From IMG/VR virus record IMGVR_UViG_3300035696_000002: a DNA stretch of 64,000 nucleotides. The stretch is one strand, 5' to 3'. The stretch comes from a virus (lineage: Duplodnaviria > Heunggongvirae > Uroviricota > Caudoviricetes). Of the stretch, positions 27,656 through 38,668 are shown one piece after another (position 1 is the first letter of the stretch; each line of letters starts with the position of its first letter). The notes under the pieces were generated by a model. The model was not told the origin of the DNA. It saw only the letters and a program-made list of their open reading frames with translations, and did not search any database. The translations under genes were made by a program, and so were the position numbers.

Positions 27656-28597
27656 ATGGCGAAACCAAAGGCACCGAAACCGGAAGCTGCACCGAAATCC
27701 ACCACTCCTGAACTCGATATTCCCGTCCAAAAAACCACTGTCAAGTCCAACTGGAAAGGCACCATGGTCATTTTCGACGGCGTGTCTGCGTTCCCCGTCA
27801 AGACCTACGTTGCGACCGACAACGATGCTTTCGAGCGTCACATGTATCACGGCTTCGTGCCCGTCATGAAAGACGGCAAGCCTGTGATGAAGGATGGCGT
27901 CGCCGAAATGCACCTGTGCGGCGGCAGCATGAAACAGGATTTGATGTCGTGCGAAATTTGCGGCACGAAGGCTGGCAAGACTGACCCGGCCATCGTCAAA
28001 GGTTTGAAGTTCGGCGACAAGCTGGTCGTGGTCACCGACGAAGCTGTGAACGCTCAGAAACCCATGAGCGATTCCACCATGAAGCTGACCGAGTACGTTG
28101 ACCCGAACGAAATCAACCCCAAGTACATCGAGAGCACCGAATACATCGCCCCGGATAAGGGCGGCGAAATCCCGTTCGCGGTTTTGGTTGCCGCGTTGCA
28201 ACGCACGAACAAAGTTGCCAAGGGCGTTCGCGTGAAGGGCGGCAAGGAACAGTACTTCGTGGTTCGCCCGGAAGGCCAGAACGGCCTCGTCCTGTCGTAC
28301 CTGTTCGCCGAGTACGAAGTCCGCAAGTGCGACAAGTGGACGCCGCTGGCAGTGCCAGACAAGGTTGTCGATCTCACGGCCAAGCTGATCGAAGCCAACA
28401 CCGTGAAGTTCACCCCGGCTCCGGCTGACCGCTTCCTGACCAACGTCCGCAAGTACGTGCGTTCGTTGTTCGACGGCACCACGGCGGCGACGGTCGAGGC
28501 ATACAAGGCCCCGGCTGCGACCGACAATCTGGAAGATGCACTGTTGAAGGCTCTGGCGAACGCTCAGGCTGCCAAGGCTGCGAAGGCTGGCAAGTAA
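27656..28597 (+). CDS. ku: Ku DNA end-binding protein
   Basis: SNWKG......FPVK.Y.AT, IVKG, V...EI.P.Y....YI.P, L..AL....KVA, L.F..EVR, NLEDAL. Confidence 0.85.
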   Translation: MAKPKAPKPEAAPKSTTPELDIPVQKTTVKSNWKGTMVIFDGVSAFPVKTYVATDNDAFERHMYHGFVPVMKDGKPVMKDGVAEMHLCGGSMKQDLMSCEICGTKAGKTDPAIVKGLKFGDKLVVVTDEAVNAQKPMSDSTMKLTEYVDPNEINPKYIESTEYIAPDKGGEIPFAVLVAALQRTNKVAKGVRVKGGKEQYFVVRPEGQNGLVLSYLFAEYEVRKCDKWTPLAVPDKVVDLTAKLIEANTVKFTPAPADRFLTNVRKYVRSLFDGTTAATVEAYKAPAATDNLEDALLKALANAQAAKAAKAGK

Positions 28598-28987
28598 CTT
28601 CGATCTTCGGGCGTGGTTCGGTGAGGGCTCCACCTTAGACGTTTGAGTCTTGACCAACCACACCCGAAACTTTTTCAGACTGGAGGAGCGAATGAAACTG
28701 CTGCTGACAACTTCGTTGCTGTTGCTGACCGCGTCCGCCGCTCACGCACAAGAGCCGCGAACGGCGATTAAACCAGCCGACCCAATCTCCGCTCCCTCCC
28801 ATGACGTGACTATCATGTCCGGCGACGGTGAGAAGCCAGTGATCCAGCCGACTCCGCTGCCGAAGTTGAAGATTGATCTGGCGGAAGTGGCACGCCGGGT
28901 ACGGGCCGCGAGGGTCGCACTACCGAAAGCACGCACCGTAGTGAACGACGATCAACCAATCGAGACCGCTTTCCGGGAGATATTCTA

Positions 28988-29620
28988 ATGAGCAACGTTT
29001 CACGAAGCACAGACTTTGACGATCTGCGAACAGCGATTCAACTTCTGATCGTGAGCACCTTCAAAGCTGATGGTGCACAGCCACGGGAATTCGGCTACGG
29101 GGTGATCGTCCCCAAGAAGTATTCCTTTGAAGTCAACCTGCAAGGTAAATCATGGAGCGTGTCCGGCGTTCGCGTAGTGGGCGACGTGCTGGCATCGCAC
29201 CGGGATCGCAAACCATTCTTCGTCGCCAAGGATTTGGCCGAGGCCGTTGAGAAGCTGAAAACCAAACTGATACCCGCCCTGAACGAACTTGAGGAAAACT
29301 GCAAGAAGCGGGATGCGTGGCAGAAAGAATCGGACGAGAAACGGAAGGCAGAAACCGCCCGTGTTCTGCGTGTGCTCACGGACGCTGGATTCCCTGCTGA
29401 GTCGCCTTACGCCGGGAGCATCCGGGTCAAGATCGACATCGGACAGATCGACTTCGACTATCAGCACAGCTATTGGCGTGCCAAGCTAGACCTGAATAGC
29501 GATCTCGCAAAAGATGCGGTCGCAATTCTTGCTTTGGCCAAGCGGCTGTCCGGGGCGGACGCGGCGAAAGACGCCCTCGCCGTTCTGGACGTGGCCGAGC
29601 ATCTGGCGGCGAAACAATGA
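28988..29620 (+). CDS. hypothetical protein
   Basis: TAATG-coupled long ORF. Confidence 0.7.
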   Translation: MSNVSRSTDFDDLRTAIQLLIVSTFKADGAQPREFGYGVIVPKKYSFEVNLQGKSWSVSGVRVVGDVLASHRDRKPFFVAKDLAEAVEKLKTKLIPALNELEENCKKRDAWQKESDEKRKAETARVLRVLTDAGFPAESPYAGSIRVKIDIGQIDFDYQHSYWRAKLDLNSDLAKDAVAILALAKRLSGADAAKDALAVLDVAEHLAAKQ

Positions 29621-29991
29621 ACCGCGAACTCGATACCGCTCTCGTGAAGTTGCAGACGCACCTGTGCGAGAAAGACGACAACGCCGGGCTCAAGCTGTTT
29701 GACGCCGTGCGTCAGGCGATCAAGAGCAATGACGACGTGGAGAAAATCCTGCTCTACGCCGCCGACTGTGAGGCCGCGACCGCCGAGGGCTACGCTCTCC
29801 GCAAGAGTGCGTCCAAGTACGAACGGAAACGGCACGGGAACATCTGTCTCGCTCTGGAAGCGATGATTCGCACGGGGTATTTTTCCGGCAGCACCATCTA
29901 CAGTGGGGTGGACTACAAACAGCGGGTGCTGGACAGGCTGACCGGGGCGTTCCGGGCCTGTCGGGACAAGGCGGAGGAAATACGTGGTTGA
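29617..29991 (+). CDS. hypothetical protein
   Basis: ATGA overlap. Confidence 0.65.
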   Translation: MNRELDTALVKLQTHLCEKDDNAGLKLFDAVRQAIKSNDDVEKILLYAADCEAATAEGYALRKSASKYERKRHGNICLALEAMIRTGYFSGSTIYSGVDYKQRVLDRLTGAFRACRDKAEEIRG

Positions 29992-30268
29992 AAAAACAGT
30001 AGTCATCTTCCGTAAAGACCCGCCTTCGCTTGGCGGCGACGTGTTCGCCCTATTCCCTTACGAAGAGGGGGCACCGGGGTTCTGCACGGTCTACCAACAT
30101 TGCGGAGGCCATGGAAGTGCCGATTACACCGGGTGCGTCGCCCGGTCGCGTCCGGCGAAGCCGGAAGAGTACGCCGCTCTCAAGCGGGAACTGGAATCAG
30201 CCCCGTACAAGTATGTGCTTGACGTGCGGAAGCGTGCCAGTCACAATAGACGGATGGGGGCACAATGA
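29984..30268 (+). CDS. hypothetical phage protein
   Basis: GGAGG SD; VIFRK..VFALFP..Y.H.G.H..A...RPA.PEEY..LKRELE. Confidence 0.7.
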   Translation: MVEKTVVIFRKDPPSLGGDVFALFPYEEGAPGFCTVYQHCGGHGSADYTGCVARSRPAKPEEYAALKRELESAPYKYVLDVRKRASHNRRMGAQ

Positions 30269-30458
30269 ATCCCATTCGTGAACTGATCGAAGCTGACAAG
30301 CTGAAAGGTCGGCCAACGGAAATGTTGCTGATCGCATTCTTAGGCTTCGGCGTTTTGTGTTTTGGTCTCGGGGTCATCACAGAAGTGGCGATCACCCGGC
30401 CTGATCCGGGAAAGGACGTGCACGGCGTGCCCTGCACGATCAGTGAGGAGTGCCGATA

Positions 30459-30797
30459 ATGGAATTCAATATCAAAGAAATCGTGAAGGACAACGTCGCC
30501 AAGTTCTCGTACCTGCGGGGCGAGAATGCCTACTATACGGTGACTCTGACGCACCCCAAGACTGAGGAGCAGAAGGTCTACATGTTCCCGGTGAGTCTCA
30601 AAGACCTCGGCGGGGCGTCGATCTTCGCCGAAATGAAGGCGATCACGCTGATGCGGTACATCCGCAAGGCGATTGCCGACTGCACCTTCGTGCCGACCAA
30701 GGATAAGCCCCGGCGTCGGTTCAAGATCACGTACCGGAACGGCGGCTATTACGTGAGCATCCCCAACTACGACGGTGGGGAGGTCGTTGAAGTATGA
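30459..30797 (+). CDS. hypothetical protein
   Basis: FPV...DLG.A....E.KAITLMRYIRKA. Confidence 0.7.
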   Translation: MEFNIKEIVKDNVAKFSYLRGENAYYTVTLTHPKTEEQKVYMFPVSLKDLGGASIFAEMKAITLMRYIRKAIADCTFVPTKDKPRRRFKITYRNGGYYVSIPNYDGGEVVEV

Positions 30798-31219
30798 AAT
30801 TCTACATCAGACTCAACCTGTTGCTTGGGTCAGCGTGTTTCGTAATCATGCTGGCTCTGGCTTCAACGTTGAAGAAATAGGGCCTATGCCAAAAACCAAG
30901 ACACCGAAGAAGCGGATCGTCCGGCGAGAGGGCAACATCAAGATGTCCAAGATCGCCGGGAAGCGGGTCAAGAAAGCGAAGGGCGAACTCAACAGCGTCA
31001 GCATCGTCTGCCGGGTTGATCCGAAAACCCGCAAGGCCGAAGTTGAGGTTCAAGACCTCAAGACGAAAGAGACGTACATCATCGAAGCCGACGTGCCGCA
31101 GGGCCTCGACTTGTACGATTTCGCAGAAGAGTTCAAGCAGTACATGACAGAGAAATACGCCGGGAACATTACATCGTTGGTGGATTCAAGGTCGCCAACG
31201 GTGCCACAGGCGTAACAAG

Positions 31220-31400
31220 ATCGGGAGGGGGATGAGCGACCTTCGGAGTCCACGTTCACGCCACTGGCGGCAGTAGCCGTTGCAGAGTCTACGTGACGAG
31301 AACTCCCTCCCGATGGCGATTTAGAGATCAAACCGGAGCCCCTTGCTTGGGGAGAAGCACTCCGGGGCGGTGGGAGCGTCCCTACAAAACCCTCTCACCT
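31220..31400 (+). ncRNA. unidentified structured intergenic RNA
   Basis: 12-bp stem 31220-31231/31303-31314, cUUCGg hairpin and further stems. Confidence 0.45.
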
Positions 31401-31691
31401 ATGATAGGGATGTGACAGGCGGGAACGAGACCGTCGTTCTTTTTGAGGAGACCATGGGCGAAGATGTTCTGATCGAAGTTGAACGTCGCAGACATGACAT
31501 CATGGAGACGGTTCGTGCACAAATGGCCGCAGGGCCGCTCTCCGAGGAAATCCTGTTCGAGGCCAACATTCGCCGGATGGAAGTCGAAGAGTACCTGTAC
31601 GAAGTTGAGGAGTGTCGCTTAGCGGAAATCCGGCTGGCGGAAATTATGCGGGAGAAACGGCTGGCAGACGAAGCCGCCGCAAAGGAAAACC

Positions 31692-32222
31692 ATGAAGAAG
31701 TTGACGACGAGGAGTGTCGATAAGCGAATTTACGTCGTGGCGAGTCAGAAGTCTCTGCTCCCCGGACGTGATCCGTTCATCCTGCCGCCCGGCATGATCG
31801 CCGCACAGGTGGGACATGCGGTGTCCAAGCTGCGGTACGCCATGCTCCGGCACGACATCAAGCGAGTGCTGGCGACCAAGGCCTCGGCGTCGGCGAAGCT
31901 GAAACAGATCGACACGATTCTCGGCCTCAATGACGGCGTCATGAAGCCGATCACAACCATCGTCCTCGGTGCACGTGACAACAAGGAAGTCGATCACGTG
32001 TTCAAGCTGCTGGTCAAGGCGAACGTGTTCACCGTCCGGTTCTTCGACACGAACCCGGTCATCTATGACGAGCACAGGGTGCTCACTGCCATCGCTACGG
32101 AGCCCGTGTACCCCGACAAACTGGACGGGATCACCGATTACCTGCCCCTGTGGGACGTAATCGAGATCGCCCCGCTGTCCCGGTGGATGCAGAAGTCGAT
32201 TTTCAAGCCCGAAAGGGACTGA
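31692..32222 (+). CDS. peptidyl-tRNA hydrolase, PTH2 family
   Basis: PGMIAAQVGHA, TTIVL, F.D, LTAIATEP. Confidence 0.75.
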   Translation: MKKLTTRSVDKRIYVVASQKSLLPGRDPFILPPGMIAAQVGHAVSKLRYAMLRHDIKRVLATKASASAKLKQIDTILGLNDGVMKPITTIVLGARDNKEVDHVFKLLVKANVFTVRFFDTNPVIYDEHRVLTAIATEPVYPDKLDGITDYLPLWDVIEIAPLSRWMQKSIFKPERD

Positions 32223-32240
32223 AAACACGGCACTTAGCAC

Positions 32241-32270
32241 TGGCCAAACCCTCCCCCAAGTCCGTATACT
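32241..32270 (+). promoter_or_regulatory. leaderless promoter
   Basis: TGGCCA-18-TATACT-6-ATG. Confidence 0.8.
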
Positions 32271-32276
32271 GTAGGT

Positions 32277-32567
32277 ATGGCGATCATCCTTCTACCGAAC
32301 GGGCACCGTGAAGCGACGATTGATCCCCGCGATCTTGACCCGAAAGATCAATGGACGAATCGCTTCCCCGTTCCATCGTCCTCTTCCAACGTGATTCACA
32401 CCGTCTCCCAACACAAAAAGAACCGCTATTGGGGCTGCTCCTGCAACGGCTGGAAGCGGCACAAAAAGTGCCATCACCTGACAGACCTTGGCTTGCCTTG
32501 CGGCAGGGAAGGGGAGCCCGGCTACCTGAAACCTTACGAACCCACACTGGTATCGGAGGGCAAGTAA
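32277..32567 (+). CDS. SWIM-type zinc finger protein
   Basis: WGCSC.GW..H.KCHHL. Confidence 0.7.
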   Translation: MAIILLPNGHREATIDPRDLDPKDQWTNRFPVPSSSSNVIHTVSQHKKNRYWGCSCNGWKRHKKCHHLTDLGLPCGREGEPGYLKPYEPTLVSEGK

Positions 32568-32568
32568 C

Positions 32569-32907
32569 GTGGCGAAGAACCATTGGGCTTACGAGGGTCG
32601 CCCCCGGTACAACCCGGAGAAGGAAGGCTACGGCAATCCCCGGAAATGGCGTGCGGCGTTCGCCGGACGCATGAGCCTGAACGATGCCACGGCTCACTTC
32701 CGCAGCAAGAAAGAAACGCCGCGTGAAGTGTTGGGCGTCGCGTCTTACGCAACGTGGGCAGACATCAAACACGCCTACCGCGTGCTCTGCCTTGAGTGGC
32801 ACCCTGACCGGGTCAAGACGACCGGGAAGGATGAAAAAGCCGCCGAGGCCCGGTTCAAAGACATCAGTGCAGCCTACGCCATACTGGCGAACGAATACGG
32901 AGAATAA
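32569..32907 (+). CDS. J-domain (DnaJ-like) protein
   Basis: VLGV..A...IK.AYR.L...WHPD..F..I..AY..L. Confidence 0.88.
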   Translation: MAKNHWAYEGRPRYNPEKEGYGNPRKWRAAFAGRMSLNDATAHFRSKKETPREVLGVASYATWADIKHAYRVLCLEWHPDRVKTTGKDEKAAEARFKDISAAYAILANEYGE

Positions 32908-34553
32908 CATGTCATTCGCAGACACGTTTTACAAAGACGAGAAGTCCGGCATCGGCATGAAAGCTGGCGACGTTTACCGGATGAACAATTGGGGTGCGTT
33001 CGGGGATTGCGTCATCCTTGGCTTCGATGGCAAGGGCAACGTGAAGGTCTCCCGCCCGTACCTGTACGCTTCGAGCGTGGGCACCACCTGTGCGACGCCG
33101 CTGTTGGGCTGCGAGACATGGGAAATGCCAGCGGCAAACTTGGTCGAGCACTACATCGTCGTCGAAAAGACAGGGAGCCGGATCACATAATGCCATTCCT
33201 CGACGAAATTCTCGCGGAACGGAACCTTGCACGGGTAATCCCGATACCGGAGCCTGATGCTGTTCCAATCGCCGAAACCGTCATCGACGCCGGGTTCGAA
33301 GCACCGATCCGCAAAAAGATTGTTGTGAACACGTCCGGCCAGCGTATTTCATCGCAGGTCAGCGACCGGGAATTGCTCGACAGGATGGATGATTTCCTGA
33401 GCCGACTGGACGGCATCCTGACGAAGAAAGACGAAGAGACGCACGCGGCACTGGCGACTGAGAACACTTTGCGATTCGCGGAAAGCAAACCAGCTTGGAT
33501 GAGGGAGGAATAACATGGGATTCATACTGCCCGAGGCCGAAGTCAAACGGATGCGTCGCTTGCAGATCAAGCGAATGCTGTTCCTGATGGTGTTCATCAC
33601 CGCTGGCTCCATGTGGGCCGTGATGGTCATCACCCATTCAGTTCCATGGACGCCTTGGTTTCTCGGCCTATTGGCCGGGTTCCTGATCGGTGCCCTTGGC
33701 GTCCGGGCGTACCACAAGATCGGCCCCCCGGTGCCGCGAGTGGACAAGTATATCCCGGCTGAGCCGATCAAACAGTGGAACGAGGAATCGTTTCAACGCG
33801 GCCATCGGCAGCCGTATCTGGTGAAGGGCTAGTCATGTGGATCATCGTGGAGGATGGTGAAGTTTTCGAAGGCGACGAACTCCATTGGGAGGATTGCTTC
33901 TTCACCAACGCCACTGAGACCGAGATCAGAAAATTTTGCAGGGAGAACGGCTGGAAGGTAGTCATTCAGGATCAAAAGCTATGGCTCAACTGAAAATCTG
34001 GAACGGTCGCGGCGACTACGCGGAACTCGACGGGCACTTGTTCGTGTGTGCCACGAGCCGGAAGCACGCCGTCGAACTGATTAACAAGGCCGGATACAGT
34101 GCCGGGCGGATGAACCTGCATGAACTGGACGTGTACTACAGTAAGGATTGTTGGGGCCGGGACATGAACGGCATCAAGATGGAGCCGGGCGTCTGGTTCC
34201 AGCCCAAGGATGCCGATCTCTGCATCTGCAACATCGGCCTGATGGAGTTTGACAAGCCGCACAAAAAGGAATGTCCAAAACGGCCCCGGAGGCTGGTATA
34301 ATGGCAGAGTATATGTCTGACGACACCGAGAAGAATTTCAACCACACGCACCCGGAACTTCTGGAAGGCGAAGTGTGGCTCACCAACCAGTTCGAGAGCG
34401 ATACGTGGGGCGTAACGATCCCGCACCGCATCGGCACTCAGGCGTACACCATTCTTGGGCGTCCGCTGTCGTATGGGCACCCTGTTTTTGCTTTGAAATC
34501 CGATCTTGAAAAAAGTCGCCAGTCCGGTAAGGGCTGGTACGAGGATGGGGACG

Positions 34554-35078
34554 ATGATTTGTCCAAACTGTAACGGCGAAGGCATAGTCTACGAGTACGG
34601 TGAGGAATCCCCGAGCGGGATTATCGCCGATGACGTGTGCCTGAACTGCGGCGGGTTGGGCGTCATTAACCTGATCTACGTGTTCGGCAGCAACGAGGCT
34701 GGCATCCACGGCAAGGGAGCGGCCTTGACCGCCCGGCTGGAGCACGCAGCCATTCTTGGGCAGGGATTCGGTCGGCAGGGGCAATCCTTCGGCATTCCCA
34801 CCAAAGGGAAGATCAACCTCGGCGGTACGTGGGGCATCGGTCGTCCACTGCCGCTCAGCGACATCAACAACTACGTCGGAATGTTCGTCGAATACGCCAA
34901 GCAGGTTCCGCAGGAGCATTTCAAGATCACGCAGATTGGCACCGGGCACGCCGGATTCAAGCACGAACAGATGGCTCCGATGTTCGCCGATTCGCCGGGC
35001 AACTGCCTGTTCGACGAAGCGTGGCGTCCGTGGTTAGGCAACAGATGGTATTGGGGGACTTATGTTCCGGGTCGGTGA
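34554..35078 (+). CDS. Macro-like phage protein (A1S_2505-like) with N-terminal Zn finger
   Basis: IYVFGSNEAGIHGKGAA, GQSFGIPT, T.IG.G.AGF..EQMAPMF. Confidence 0.75.
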   Translation: MICPNCNGEGIVYEYGEESPSGIIADDVCLNCGGLGVINLIYVFGSNEAGIHGKGAALTARLEHAAILGQGFGRQGQSFGIPTKGKINLGGTWGIGRPLPLSDINNYVGMFVEYAKQVPQEHFKITQIGTGHAGFKHEQMAPMFADSPGNCLFDEAWRPWLGNRWYWGTYVPGR

Positions 35079-35909
35079 CAAAGTTCGCTGCATCCACAAT
35101 CCGCCGTCAACGCCCGAGGGCTCCATGGAGTTTGTGATCGCCGGGTTCAAGCAGGGCGATGGAGTTTTCACGGACGTTGACACCCTGTACGCGGGTGGGC
35201 CGTCACTACACTCAGCGGCGAGGATTCTCTGGCCGATTGAGAAGCTGACTTTGATCGAAGGGGAGGGCAGCCGTGGAAATTGAACACGAGAATCAGAAAA
35301 TCCGCCTGATCGTCACCCGGCAGGAAGCACTCGACATGATCGCGGAACTGGCGAAGGGTGTTGGCCTGTCCGTTCGTGCTGATTTGGAGTGCGTGCACTC
35401 TGGCGGCTTCCACGCGGTCTTCCGCGAATACAAAAAGGCGAACGAGCAGGTGGGGCCGGATTACCCGGCATCCTGTTTTGTTTTTGTGGAGAAAGGGTTG
35501 TCTTGAGCACAATTGTTGACCAAGCGACGGAGTTGGCCCGGCTGCTCAACTACATTTTCGGGCGACCGGATCACGAACGGGATGCGATCTTGGTTGTCGC
35601 CGCCGAGAAGATTGACGGTGAGACCGCACGCCGGATGCTGAAAACCGTTTACCAGTCCGACGACCGGGGATGGGGGAGCTAATGACCGTTTTCCAATTCA
35701 TTCTCGTGCTTGTCACGGTGGAGGCCGCTGTCGTGGGAATGTTTCTCGCGATGCGGATGTCCCCGCCGACGACGATCAAGCCAATTCAGATCGTAATCGT
35801 GGTGCTGTGTTTGGTCGCCATCATCGGAGCCTTCACTGTCGGCTCGTACTGGAACCATGACGACTATCTATGCAAACCGGGAGCACATTGCTTCCCGTGG
35901 GGAGACTAA

Positions 35910-36434
35910 ATGGGCACACAAGGGATTGTAAGTGTCATTGTCGGCGGCAAGATGGAAGCCAAGGTCATCGCCGGGTGTAATGGTCAGAACGCCGCTAAGC
36001 TGGCAGACCTGATCCGCAACTACACCGTGGAGGATGAACTGGTAACGGGCCTGAAAATCCTCGGCTACCCGAAGCTGGCCGCACGGGTTGAACTCGATCC
36101 TGAGCACGCACCCAAGAAAGTCATGCCTAGCTATTTCCGCCTTCGTCCGCTGGCACGTCAAGCAGGATTCGGTTGCGACGATTGTCTGATCGTACAGGCA
36201 ATGCATCGCGGCAGAATCGCCGAAGATGGCACGCCGCTGCCGCCCCGGCTCAGCCTGTTTGGCATATCCGATCTCGGTGCCGAGGGCGAAGAACTGGAGC
36301 ATCGCACTGGCGAAGATCACCTGTCGAAGCTTTACGACCGCTTCAAACGCACGTTCGATGACCCCCGATTCAACCCCCGGTGGGAACGTGGCACCGCTGA
36401 GTACGTGGAAGTCGTTGAAATAGCAGGGGTTTAG
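35910..36434 (+). CDS. hypothetical protein
   Basis: GGAG SD; long ORF. Confidence 0.65.
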   Translation: MGTQGIVSVIVGGKMEAKVIAGCNGQNAAKLADLIRNYTVEDELVTGLKILGYPKLAARVELDPEHAPKKVMPSYFRLRPLARQAGFGCDDCLIVQAMHRGRIAEDGTPLPPRLSLFGISDLGAEGEELEHRTGEDHLSKLYDRFKRTFDDPRFNPRWERGTAEYVEVVEIAGV

Positions 36435-36436
36435 AC

Positions 36437-36466
36437 TAGCCAAAAAGTACCAGAAACCCGTATACT
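36437..36466 (+). promoter_or_regulatory. leaderless/short-leader promoter
   Basis: TAGCCA-18-TATACT-8-ATG. Confidence 0.7.
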
Positions 36467-36474
36467 ATAGGTGT

Positions 36475-37296
36475 ATGGTAAAGGCCGAACTCCTGACGGA
36501 CGGTCACCCTGACGCAGTCGAGCGGTACATCCTCGACCCCAACTGGGTTTTCCAAGAAAAACACAACGGCGACCGTCGCCTCGTTGAAAAACAAGGCCTG
36601 AGCGTGGTGGACTACAACCGCAACGGCGTCAACGGCAAGGGCCTTTCCCCGGCAATCATCGACGCCCTACGCAAGCACCCGCTGCCGCTGATGGTGGGCG
36701 ACGCTGAATACGTCCCGGCGACCGATCAGCTTTTTGTTTTCGATGCACTGGCGTTCGGCGACGAAATGGTTATCGGCAAGCCGTACTCGTATCGCGAGGC
36801 CAGCTACCACTCGCAATTCGACGGCTTCAATTATCACATTGTCCCGGTCGCGTCGGCCCGGACGCCGGAAGCGAAACGAGCGTTGATCGCTCACCTTCGC
36901 TCAATCCGGGCGGAAGGTTTCGTTGCGAAAGATTTGCGTGCGATATACCGTCCCGGTGGACGGTTCAACCTACGTTTCAAGTTCTGGAAAACGCTGGACG
37001 CGGTTGTGATCGGCGACAGCAAGGAACGGGACGACAAGGGCATGTTGAAAGACAGCGTGCGAGTCGGCCTGTTCGACAGCAAGGGCATCTTGCATGACAT
37101 TTGTGGGGCGACCAAGAAGGCTCAGTACGTGCTTCGCCCCGGCGACGTGGTCGAACTCAAGTACCTGTACGGCACCGGGACGCTGGACGTGGTTCAACCG
37201 TCGATCTTGAATCAGCGATTCGACAAGGCCCCGCAGGAATGCTTGTTAGATCAGATCGTGGTCAACAAAAACTGGTCGAAGTGGGGTAAACGATAA
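36475..37296 (+). CDS. ATP-dependent DNA ligase-like protein (minimal, LigD-type core)
   Basis: QEKHNGDR (motif I), DAE, FVFDAL, EGFVAK, RFKF, OB-fold C-terminus. Confidence 0.78.
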   Translation: MVKAELLTDGHPDAVERYILDPNWVFQEKHNGDRRLVEKQGLSVVDYNRNGVNGKGLSPAIIDALRKHPLPLMVGDAEYVPATDQLFVFDALAFGDEMVIGKPYSYREASYHSQFDGFNYHIVPVASARTPEAKRALIAHLRSIRAEGFVAKDLRAIYRPGGRFNLRFKFWKTLDAVVIGDSKERDDKGMLKDSVRVGLFDSKGILHDICGATKKAQYVLRPGDVVELKYLYGTGTLDVVQPSILNQRFDKAPQECLLDQIVVNKNWSKWGKR

Positions 37297-37759
37297 TGGC
37301 CGACTACATCAAAACCGATTACGTCAAAGTCAAGATCGCCGGGAAAAAGTCGATCTACCTTGAGCAGGTGAAGTACACCGAGGCCAAGGGACTCAAGTTC
37401 GTTTCCGGCTACGAGATCGACAAGAACGCAGAGTCGAAGATCATCCATGGTGGAGTGACGCAACACCTGATACAATTGGGCGAGGGCCGGGAAGTGGTGC
37501 CGCAGATGATGTCCAAGACGTATGCGACACTGGAGGATTACGATGAAACCAAAGTTTAAGCCGATAGTCATCAACGTCTACCCGGAGACCCCCGGCGTGG
37601 TTGAGATCGCTCTGGAGCGTGTTTGCCCCCGCTGCAATGGCAACGGTGAAGAGGCCAAGGGCCTCGTGTGCGGCATTTGTTGGGGCAAGGGCATTCAGCC
37701 GACCGCCACTGGCGGCATGATCCTCGAATTTTTGAAGCGACACACAGGAGAGAAATAAC

Positions 37760-38668
37760 ATGGCGTTCGATGACGACAGAAAGACATACAAGCACGAAAG
37801 CTACGGTGCGATTACGATCAACCGTTCCAGCGGCTCAGCCTATCTGTTTGGCTCCGATGCCCTGCACCACCAGTTCGTGCATATCGAAATCAAACACGCG
37901 GAAATGAACCGCGACCTGTCGCACAACTGGATTTATTCTGGCGGCGTGCCCATCACCGAAATCTGGATGACCGAGGCTCAGTGGGCGGAATTCGTTTCGT
38001 CCTTCGGACAGGGCTCAGGCGTCGCGTGCACCATCCGTGGCATCGAAGGCCGGACTATGCAACTGCCCCCGGAGCCGGAGCACTTCACCAGCGAGTTCAA
38101 AGACGAAGTCAAAAAGACCGTGGGCAAGGCCGTGGGCACACTCAAGGGCCTGACCGGGCAACTTGACGAGGCCCTTCTGCCCGGCAACAAGGCATTGGGC
38201 AAGAAAGACCTTGGCAAACTGCTCTCCGAGATCAATCACGCCATCATGCAGATCGAAGCGAACCTGCCTTACGTCGAGACCTGCTTCGAGGAAGAGATGG
38301 AAAAGAAAATGTCCGAGGCTAAGGTCGAATTCGAGGCCGTGGTCGCGAATCGCCTCCGCGAAATGGGCATTCAGCACGTCATCCAGCAATATCTGCCGGA
38401 GACCAGCATCCAACGCGGTGCCGGGCTACTCACTGGCGAGACCGACCTGACCAAAGACCCGTTCTACCGGGCTGGCGGTGGGCCGTCCAAGGAAACGCTG
38501 GCCGAGCACGGAATTCCGGCTCCGACCGAGGCCGATCTCGTCGAGGTTGAGCCGACTGAGCCTGAGATTGACGAAACCGAGAACGGTGCCCGGATCATCG
38601 TCACCGACCTGCGGAATTCGGATGTCCCACGCCGTTTCCGGGACGACTACGAGCCGGAGGGAAACTAA
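37760..38668 (+). CDS. hypothetical phage protein
   Basis: H.SYG.I..R..LFGS..H..E..M.EAQWA.FVSS.G.GSGV.CT. Confidence 0.8.
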   Translation: MAFDDDRKTYKHESYGAITINRSSGSAYLFGSDALHHQFVHIEIKHAEMNRDLSHNWIYSGGVPITEIWMTEAQWAEFVSSFGQGSGVACTIRGIEGRTMQLPPEPEHFTSEFKDEVKKTVGKAVGTLKGLTGQLDEALLPGNKALGKKDLGKLLSEINHAIMQIEANLPYVETCFEEEMEKKMSEAKVEFEAVVANRLREMGIQHVIQQYLPETSIQRGAGLLTGETDLTKDPFYRAGGGPSKETLAEHGIPAPTEADLVEVEPTEPEIDETENGARIIVTDLRNSDVPRRFRDDYEPEGN

